Assembly: GCA_001599295.1 (NCBI GenBank)
Contig: BCGN01000008.1
Location: forward strand, 744,001-808,000
Length of the DNA stretch: 64,000 nt
Reading direction: 5' to 3'
Origin: Sporopachydermia quercuum
Taxonomy: Eukaryota
The notes under the pieces were generated by a model that worked only from the letters and a program-made list of their open reading frames with translations, ran no database searches and was not told the DNA's origin. Position numbers and translations under genes: made by a program. Positions 23,400-32,233 of the stretch are shown here, in pieces (positions within the stretch are counted from its first letter, which is position 1; every line of letters starts with the position of its first letter).

Positions 23400-23970
23400 A
23401 TGAAACTAATATCTTCATTTAGTGGTTTCAATACGCCATCACTATTCAAGTTTTCTTATCCCGGTATCCTTTGTTACTGTTTTAAGTTTGTCAGGACAAA
23501 TCAGGTTTCTGTGTAAGTATACTAATATGTTATTTGCTTTTGGCCGTAACAAGATTGGCCTGAGTGGTTGGAAGTGTTGATGGGAGGACGCTAGTTTGAA
23601 GAATTAATAGAATAATTTTTGGGAGATTAAATAGAAGGTAAAATATGAGTTAATAGTGAGCATTAATGAGAAATGCTGAGATGAGTGAGATTGACGGTAT
23701 TATGGGAATTGGGTGACTGCGGAGGTTCGCTGGCCATCACCAGAAGAGGATTAATATCAGTAGGGAGCTTTTCCAGAGTAAACGAGTGGTTTGCTTTTAC
23801 TGTAATAAAGGAGGAAGCTGATGACTTGTTGATTGCTTGTAATCCTTATTATGGTAAATCAGAGAAAACTGGTGTTCATACTGCTAAGGCAGCACATACT
23901 ATAACGCGCTAAGTTCATGTTATAGTGATGAACAGTTATAACCTACTTTGATACCATATCACATTTACAG
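23400..23970 (+). ncRNA. Candidate structured non-coding RNA, family unassigned
   Basis: No credible ORF; G/U-rich with many nested complementary stems and an Sm-like AATTTTTGG at 23614-23622. See findings. Confidence 0.35.
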
Positions 23971-23981
23971 AATTTTATATA

Positions 23982-24702
23982 TTACAAGGCTTTTCTCATT
24001 TTGCTAGATTTCAAATAGGGACAATCAGACCCTTCAGATATAATACTTTGAACAACGTCAGATATCTTGGGCACTATGTCAGATTCAAGAGTTTTGAAAT
24101 CACGACCAGGTATCTTACTAAGCACATACTTAGCAACTGTCCTTGAATCCCTTTCTAATGGCCTTCCAATTCCTACTCCTATTCTATAGCAATTTTTCTG
24201 AAAAGCATTAGGCAACGTTTTCTGAATACTCAAGATCCCTCTATGTCCTTTCGCTGATAACATATTAGGTGCAATTGTTGCTTTTCCAACTTCCATTTCC
24301 ATCTCATCATGAATGTATATCAATACCGGAGTCACATTTTCCGAATAGGCTATACTTTGTGATTCCAAAAATTTAACAAACTCTTGTTCTGACTCACCGG
24401 ATACATTCATGTAAACCGAAGAAGTATGAAAGAAAAGATTTTCACATGAGGTGGAATATATGTCACCTTTCCTGAAGTTTTGCTGAACTGATCTGGCTCC
24501 AAACACATTTTTTAAACTCTCCAAACATACATGACCTACACTGTGCCTAGTATAAGCATAACTACTACCTGGATTGCCAATACTAGAAACCTGAATTCTG
24601 GTCAGTAAGAAGAAATTAATGCAGTTAACATATTGAGATCAAAAGATGTTGAATCAAATAAATTTTTCTACATACTCCTAATAAAACCCTTTTGCTTGCC
24701 AT
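23982..24702 (-). CDS. PTH1: Peptidyl-tRNA hydrolase (Pth1 family), 211 aa; exons 24702-24676, 24590-23982
   Basis: SIGNPG...TRHSVG, YMNVSG, IHDEME, SAKGHRG and RIGVGIGRP motifs. Intron 24675-24591: GTATGT...TACTGAC...CAG. Confidence 0.92.
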
Positions 24703-25227
24703 TGCACTAGTGACACTGCTGGTGCTTGTATCTGAATGGATGTTACAATTCGTATCAGCACATCTCCTTATTTTCACAAATCAGCCACAGGATTTACCGA
24801 AGAGCATGTAGATTCTTATAAAATCTTTCTTAGAGTCTTCTCTCAAAATCTATTTCTTCCTATTATCAATATTAAAAGCTTCGCAACTCATCATTTTCAC
24901 TTTCTTTTCTCAAGGATCTCATTCATCTCTTTCTCTTTCCATGCGTCTGTCCCAAACTTCTCATTCGGACGAATAAATNTCCAATCAATGTCCTAAACTG
25001 TGTCCAAGCTTGTCAAATCTCTTTGTATACACTCCAGTCTGATCCGTTCAATCATCCCCTTTCCTGTTTATTATTATAGTAAAGAAGCATCAATATTTCA
25101 TATCAAGGTGACTGGAATGTCTGAATTGAAAAACTGAATGCCTGAGGACCGAGTATTTGAAATAAATCAGAAACAAGCTTAGACTAATCGCTTGCACTGC
25201 AATTAGCAGTCGTGTCAGTGATTATCA

Positions 25228-26380
25228 ATGGACAGTTTTAGAGCTGGATTGAGGTCATTTGATGCCTTTCGTATGTATAATTAACACTAGACATTGGAAG
25301 AAGTTGATAAACTAGCTTCTGTTGAAATTATATTAACTCAATAAATCTATAGCAAAGGTATCTTCCACGTACTCGGTGAGATCTCAGAGAGGTGCACTGA
25401 TGACGATACTTTTGGGAATAATATCTATATTTCTGATATGGAATCAATTAGGATCATATATTACAGGCATTGAGACGCACGAGTTTTCAATAGATGAACA
25501 GGAAAGAACAGTTTTACAAGTGAACGTTGACATTACAGTTGCTATGCCTTGCGGTTATATCCATACAAATGTTCAAGATATGACCGCTGATAGATTTCTG
25601 GCATCTGAAATCTTACAGTATCAAGATGCTACTTTCCAAGTCCCGCCCGGATATATTGTTGATGGCGAACATATTGAAGATCCATCCGTCGAGTTTGTTC
25701 TGCGGAAAGCCGGCAGGACCGGGAAGTTCATCTCAGGATCAAAAGTTAGAAATCTCTTTAGTTCTATGACCAATGCCGGTCCTCAAGCTTGTAGGATATA
25801 TGGATCGATACCTGTGAATAAAGTGGAAGGAGAGTTTCATATTACTGCCAGAGGATATGGATACGCAGACAGAGGTGCATCAATCCCAGTGGAAGGATTG
25901 AACTTTTCACACGCTATCACAGAATTTAGTTTCGGAGGATACTATCCATCTCTAATCAATCCTTTAGACGAGACAGTACGATTAAGTGAAAATAATAATC
26001 ATCTACAAGCATTTCACTACCAGTTGTCAGTTGTTCCAACGTCTTATCAATCGCTGTCACAAGTTGTATCTACAAACCAATACGCTGTTAGGAAACAAAC
26101 TAGAGTATACAAGTATCGAGGAGGAGTTCCCGGTATCTTCTTCAGGTACGAGTTCGAACCTATAAGTCTTTCTATCACTGAAACAAGAATACCGTTCTTG
26201 GACTTTTTGGTAAAATTGGTGAATACTATTGGAGGCATAGTTGTATGCTGCCGTTGGTTGCTAAAGATTGTTGATTGGAGTTTAGTGAAAGTTTGGGGTA
26301 ATAAATATTTAGGCACTGAAAAGAAAAAAGGAGGACTTATTGAGAATGAACCAGAAATAAATAGCGAGAAATCCATATGA
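25228..26380 (+). CDS. ERV41: COPII vesicle cargo receptor subunit Erv41, 356 aa; exons 25228-25270, 25353-26380
   Basis: GLRSFDAFPK spans the intron (GTATGT...TATTAAC...TAG). Also ACRIYGSIPVNKV, NFSHAITEFSFG, PGIFFRYEFEP and two TM segments. Confidence 0.92.
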
Positions 26381-26592
26381 ACCTATGACAAAGAAATATA
26401 GTATATTAGATGATAGACATTTCACATAAAGATTCAAATGATAGAAGAAATGAAAGGAATAAAAAATTCACAAATTCAAAAAATACAAAAGATAAGTTAA
26501 AGTAAAGTGATATAAAAAGTAGTAGTATTATTATAATTAAACATTCATAAACATCCATACCCCAATTTCAGCCATATTTCTCATTAAAGTTT

Positions 26593-28482
26593 TTAGTTAC
26601 CTGCGCTTAGAGCACTACGCTTTCTTCTGTAACAATTTCTTGCCAATCTCCTTCTTCTCCATTCCCCAATTTCTCCATTAACATAGTCATAAACCCAACC
26701 TTCAGGATCATAAGCCTTTGATCTATCATTAGTAAGTATGACGTCTTCGATATATCTTTCCCTAACCCATTCCTCCGAATTACGATCAACTTCCCAATTA
26801 GAATCAGAAAATTCCCAACCAGGAGGCGCAATTATATCAGGAATTCTAGTAGAGCCTGGTGGAGCATCTTCTCTAATTCTGCACTTCGACCTCTTATGAT
26901 ATATAACCGGAGAAAATATATACTGATTCCATGATCTTGGAGTAGCACCTTGCTTTTGTAATTGGAAAACTTCTACCTGTTTGAGTAAAGGTGACTCGTC
27001 GATTATGATATCAGTATTTTGGAACTTGGTGAGTAAATTCTCTAATTCCTGTTCGTTTGGTTCAACATAAGACGTGTTGAATTTTTTGACCCTAGATTTC
27101 AATTGAGGATGGCGGGATAGCATGAATAGCCAGCCTCCAGCAAGAGTGAAATATCTCCAAGGTATAATATAACCATAAAACAATAGAAACAATGTAACTG
27201 GAAATAGTAAAAAAAACAAGACAGTAGAATATTTCTCATCACTNAAACCAACAGGACCATAGATAAAATTTTCAACCTTGTCATAAATCTTGATTACATC
27301 AGTTGTGAGGTTTTGTAAATGTTTCATGTTAATCAGCACTTCTATATTGTATCTTAATATTTTCTTGCTCAAATCNCTTTTGGTTTTATAACTCTTATTT
27401 GATCTCAATATCGATTTAAGAGTCAACGATTCTTTATCGCTAATTCTCACCATATCTTCAATTGGTAGAGGGAAAATTGTTTCATTATCTTTCTTCTTTT
27501 TAGAAGATGTTTCGGTTGATGTTTCAAAAAAATCCTCTGTTCCATAGACATGCATCAAATCATTAGTATTGAGATAAAAACTTGATGGAATGAAGTTGCT
27601 TGGCTTTGGTAGTCGATAATTGAATGCGGGGATCATTACGCCAAACAAAAGGTAAATCAAGGGAGATACGAACAATAAATGAGGAAATAAACAGAAATAA
27701 GAAAATATGATTAATGCTGATACTGTCTCAGTAGGGTTTCTCCATTGAAGTATTCCAATAATACCATAATGAAATCTGAAGAATGAGCCTGCCCTTGCAC
27801 TTAAATTAGCGAGGTTCGAAGCTGTTCGAGTCAATGATAGATCCGGTTTATCATCCTGTTCTGTTATTTTGTCATTGATTGATTCGTCGTTCAAAAATGA
27901 TCTCAGAAACAATTTTTCCATCACCTTCTCAAGAAAATGTTCTCTGATTTTAGGATCTTCATGAGTTGTTTCATCTTTATCCGGAATTGCTTCAGAAGAT
28001 CTTTCAGCCTCTTTTTGCATTCTTCTCTGTTTGTAGGAATCTTTAAAACTCTCAATCTTGCTTTTATCAAAATTCTTCCTCCATGACGAATTCAAACGCG
28101 ATAGATTACTAGAGGAAAGACTTAATAGAGAGCCTGAATCAGCCGTAGAATTCCTAGAAGAAGACCCTTCATTNTTACTGTTTTCACCGGAACTGCAGGC
28201 ATTTTCGCTATTATTTCCGGCATATTCTTTCAAGCTATACACTCCAGCTTCTATGGAGTCCACTAACGCATTTGTTCTATCAGATAACCGTAGATGCTTT
28301 CTAAAACTAAGCTTCTCATCGTCACCATTTTCCAAATCATCTAAATCATTGACAAGGGTAGAAATGTCATCTGAGTATTGTGATTCTATTGTCGAAGATC
28401 TATCTCTACCCGTAATCTTCTCAACGCTTGCCATGACTTGTGCGAGACGCCGGTGACAAGTGGAACTTTCTTCTGTTTGCAT
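26593..28482 (-). CDS. PEX28: Pex24/Pex28-family peroxisome/ER membrane protein, up to 629 aa
   Basis: Pex24p-type membrane region (LSLTRTASNL...FHYGIIGILQWRNP...LFGVMIP) and a dysferlin-like C-terminus (PPGWEF...WEVD...EGWVYD...WRRRRL). Start may be 28482 or 28434. Confidence 0.85.
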   Translation of the reverse strand: MQTEESSTCHRRLAQVMASVEKITGRDRSSTIESQYSDDISTLVNDLDDLENGDDEKLSFRKHLRLSDRTNALVDSIEAGVYSLKEYAGNNSENACSSGENSXNEGSSSRNSTADSGSLLSLSSSNLSRLNSSWRKNFDKSKIESFKDSYKQRRMQKEAERSSEAIPDKDETTHEDPKIREHFLEKVMEKLFLRSFLNDESINDKITEQDDKPDLSLTRTASNLANLSARAGSFFRFHYGIIGILQWRNPTETVSALIIFSYFCLFPHLLFVSPLIYLLFGVMIPAFNYRLPKPSNFIPSSFYLNTNDLMHVYGTEDFFETSTETSSKKKKDNETIFPLPIEDMVRISDKESLTLKSILRSNKSYKTKXDLSKKILRYNIEVLINMKHLQNLTTDVIKIYDKVENFIYGPVGXSDEKYSTVLFFLLFPVTLFLLFYGYIIPWRYFTLAGGWLFMLSRHPQLKSRVKKFNTSYVEPNEQELENLLTKFQNTDIIIDESPLLKQVEVFQLQKQGATPRSWNQYIFSPVIYHKRSKCRIREDAPPGSTRIPDIIAPPGWEFSDSNWEVDRNSEEWVRERYIEDVILTNDRSKAYDPEGWVYDYVNGEIGEWRRRRLARNCYRRKRSALSAGN

Positions 28483-29425
28483 TTAACTGNACTTACAAAT
28501 ATTTCTGTCCCGTTCTCCAGACATTTACAGACTCCCAATATGAGAACGAATATGAATATCCTCTAGNAATATTTTCACAAATAACTGATAACTCTGCAAT
28601 CTCTAACAATCAGTCCGTTATCCCAGTTCACAACAAAGGAAAGTATGTGATATAATCTCGTACTGTTCCTTTATCCCTGCCACTTCACTGATAGCACCAA
28701 ATATCTTAATTATTCAGCCACTTTCTGTCAAAGGCCAATCTCAACTCTATACTATCAATAAATCCAATTGAGAATTTTAGTCAAGATGAAAGCTATCAAT
28801 CTCATGGGATAAAATGGGTGGTAACATAAAGGTGAGATTGATCTACTTATTTTGTATATTATGCAGGTGACGAGGCGCAAAGTTATTGTAACTTTAAATT
28901 TGAGCTCTACTTTTGCCGGGTTGTAGACCCAGAAGAAAGGTTCGCAATTTTCATATGAAAAGGCATTGNCGGGGTATGATGGAAGATAGGAATCAGTCTA
29001 ATAAATGGAAAAGATGTATGGAATTAGTTTAACGGAATGTACATTGGCAGAGGTTAAGGTGATTAAGGAATATAAGTTTCTTGATAGAATAATTTATAAT
29101 ATTATTGTTAATATATGATTATTCTTGGAATTCAGTGAATGGAGTAGAAGGGGAGCTATAGTATATAGAGAAGCGAAATGTAAGTGTCTTATTAGGGGTA
29201 ATAGAATAAGAGCATCACTGTTTGAAAGTATTGATCATTCAAGTGTCAATAAATGAGGTTACCTGTTCCATTCTAGTAGAATACTGCTATACCACCGAGA
29301 AAAAATAATATTTTGTACAGATATTCATATAATGAGATATGGTAAATAGTCAGCTACTAATAATAGTTACGTTGAGCAGCTGAAACCCATAGGTTTGTTA
29401 CTATTAATCACACTAGAGAAGAGTA

Positions 29426-29863
29426 ATGGTAGACGATGTTCAATTCCCATTGGTACTTAAGTTGACATTGGCCCAACTAGTACACAAGAACGGAGATGAG
29501 AAGCAGAGTTTTACCATCACAAGCAAAGAATTCAATGTGCATCCTTTGAAAAGAAAGGTAGCACCGAAAAAAGTATTCACTGCCACTGTAAGTATCAACC
29601 TAGAACACGAAGAAAACCAAGTCTAGTCATCAGCAGAGAACTAACATTTTGAGTTTTAGGAGCTGTTCAGCAAATATAACGCCTTATTACAAGAGTATGA
29701 TATTGATCCAGATTCTTTTGAGAGCCAAAGAAAAAACAAACCCTGGGTTACTAAACTTGCCAACGGTATCTACACTGATTTTCATACTCAATTAAAAAAA
29801 GATATAGCCAGCGATGAAGCTCAGTTCATTGAACTTGTTGATTCAGTCACATCAAATAAATGA
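29426..29863 (+). CDS. Small spliced protein (121 aa) resembling the N-terminal SANT-like/coiled-coil region of BRD8-family proteins; exons 29426-29587, 29660-29863
   Basis: Phase-0 intron 29588-29659 (GTAAGT...AACTAAC...TAG) joins a 54-codon and a 68-codon exon into one clean ORF. The family call is by eye. Confidence 0.8.
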
Positions 29864-29928
29864 AATATTTGATTACATAAGAATATGATGATTAGTTTGC
29901 GTCTCGCCATACGCATCACGTGGTACGA

Positions 29929-29967
29929 CCTCGGCTCTTTCCAACTCTTCTGAATTTGACTCCGAGG
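29929..29967. promoter_or_regulatory. Inverted pair of CCTCGG / CCGAGG (FarA/Ctf1/Por1-type fatty-acid response) motifs
   Basis: CCTCGG at 29929-29934 and CCGAGG at 29962-29967, about 0.7 kb upstream of the PTS1 peroxidase. Confidence 0.5.
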
Positions 29968-30635
29968 AAGTTGAGAAACGCATGTTGTAACCTTATTCCG
30001 GACAATATCATCATTATCTTGTTATATCCGCACATGCTGGTTGAACGAAGCGAGGAAATCAAGCAAAACGCTGCATTTATTTAGTGAAATGTTAAGATGA
30101 TAGTAANACTAATTAAACCATTGAAATATTCTCGGCAACACGGAGTGAAACACAAGAATAATTGTATATTGATTACTATCGGTTGAATTGTTATTGGACA
30201 GAAGCTCAAGAAGTGTATAGTATCTTTCATTTATTCGACAGAATAATTAGCTTTTATAGCCATAATTATACAGCAAACAGCACCATTTTTTATCATAATT
30301 AATATTCAGAAGTATAATTTGAGTCCTCTATTTATTCATGTTACTTTATGAACTAGCCACCGAAGCATTCAAGATTAAAGAACCATTTGTTGAAGGAGAC
30401 AATGAAAATTATGTATAGGAGATTTCCCTTTTAGTAATTTTCCTGATTAGAATTAGAATCACTTGTGCGAATTTCATTTTGTTCTTAAATAGACCCCCAC
30501 CCTGTTAGAAGTCTTTATCAACTCGAATAGTTGTGATCAGAAGTTTTGAATAAAAAGAAGTTTTATCATTGATTTCTTATTAAACAATTTTGTTTGGAGA
30601 TCATATAGTCTTGAAGATAAGATATCTTGGACAAA

Positions 30636-31493
30636 ATGGCTGGAAAGGACTATGAAGCTGTAAAGGAAGCTATTAGAGCTATCATTCCTAACGAGGATTA
30701 CGATGATGGTTCAGTGGGACCTGTGCTTGTTCGTTTAGGTTGGCACGCATCTGGTACTTACGATTTAAAGACCCACAGTGGAGGATCTAATGGTGCAACT
30801 ATGAGGTTTGCTTTGGAAGCTAATGATGGCGCTAATAACGGTTTAGAGCACGCTCGCGCTTTTCTTGAACCTATCAAACAACAATTTCCTTGGATTTCTT
30901 ATGCTGATCTCTGGACATTAGCCTCAGTTGTTGCTGTTGAATACATGGGAGGACCGAAGGTTCAATGGATACCAGGCAGAGTCGATTACACAGATGAACT
31001 ACTTGTACCACCAAATGGTAGATTACCTGATGGTGAACTTAACGAAGATCACGTCAGGGATGTTTTCTATCGCATGGGTTTTAATGATCAAGAAATAGTT
31101 GCTCTACTGGGAGCTCATAATTTTGGTAGATGTCACAGAGATAGAAGTGGATATGATGGTCCTTGGGTTCCTTCTAACATCCGATTTTCGAACACTTTTT
31201 ACAAATTGTTACTTCACGAGGACTGGCATTTAGTACGTCTTGATGAGACACANGAACAATACATGAACGATGACGAAGATTTGATGATGTTGAAGACGGA
31301 TATGGCTCTTATTGAAGATCCCAAGTTCAAAATTTGGGTTGAAAAGTATGCTGAAGATAAAGATTTATTTGCCAAACATTTTGCAACTGCGTTTGCCAAA
31401 TTGCTAGAATTAGGTGTGCGAAGAGGAAAAGATGGCGTGGCAATGGTTAATTATCCTACTGGCTGTCCAATGCATCAAAAGTCAAAACTCTAG
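30636..31493 (+). CDS. Class I heme peroxidase (cytochrome c peroxidase family, Ccp2-type) with PTS1 -SKL, 285 aa
   Basis: Distal [27 protein letters not shown], proximal GAHNFGRCH and GPW. No mitochondrial presequence; ends [10 protein letters not shown]. Confidence 0.93.
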   Translation: MAGKDYEAVKEAIRAIIPNEDYDDGSVGPVLVRLGWHASGTYDLKTHSGGSNGATMRFALEANDGANNGLEHARAFLEPIKQQFPWISYADLWTLASVVAVEYMGGPKVQWIPGRVDYTDELLVPPNGRLPDGELNEDHVRDVFYRMGFNDQEIVALLGAHNFGRCHRDRSGYDGPWVPSNIRFSNTFYKLLLHEDWHLVRLDETXEQYMNDDEDLMMLKTDMALIEDPKFKIWVEKYAEDKDLFAKHFATAFAKLLELGVRRGKDGVAMVNYPTGCPMHQKSKL

Positions 31494-32233
31494 GTTTATT
31501 TCATTATCATCATACATCGGTTTCGGTCAACGTTTTACTCTTATTGCTTTTTACAGACACACATACAGCAACACATACATATAATATACACATAGTAAAC
31601 ATCATGATATACAGTATGTTACTATTTAATCTGAATTGGTTATATTTAATGAGATAGTTTACCATTGCCATGAAAACTCGTAGGCTCTTCTTTGTATTAT
31701 TACTGTCAAGTGCTCAGGTTTATAGAACCAAGCTTCTCTCCATTCATATCTCGTTCAATGTTCAGTGTTATCAAATCAAATTCTTCCTTTTTAAGGTAAT
31801 TGGATCCTCGAATAGCAATATCCATCGTCCGTTAATTGTCCCAAAACTTGGTTCTAATTCCGGAAATGATACCGTTCCTTATAACCCCACAAAAAAATAT
31901 TGGGGAAAATCGCATGTGAAAAGAATAGACATTTCACATGTAACAATTACACTTCCCTNCGTCTATAGCCATTCACTCAAAATTGACTTTACGAGCAGAA
32001 AGAAAGCTTTCAATTGTTGAAACGAACCACCACCACCTAATCATCTTTAAACGTTGAAATAAAGCTAGTACTTGATTGAGTGATTGGTTGCATTTAATAC
32101 TGGAAACTGAATTGAAAGATAATACTTTTTGGAGAAGATTCAAAGTCATTATTGCGCAATTTGATGTATATTTCTCTTTCCTGTATCATTTTATCTCACT
32201 ACAGATTGGCCCTGTGATAGTAAGGTAAANATA

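Noticed and set aside
23464..23472. GTATCCTTT, a perfect U12-type 5' splice site
   Set aside because: No TCCTTAAC branch at a suitable distance and no coding exons that would be joined.
23818..23870. CTGATGA...GAAA hammerhead-ribozyme-like core
   Set aside because: The stem II closing pair is C-A, and no stem I/III with an NUH cleavage site could be built.
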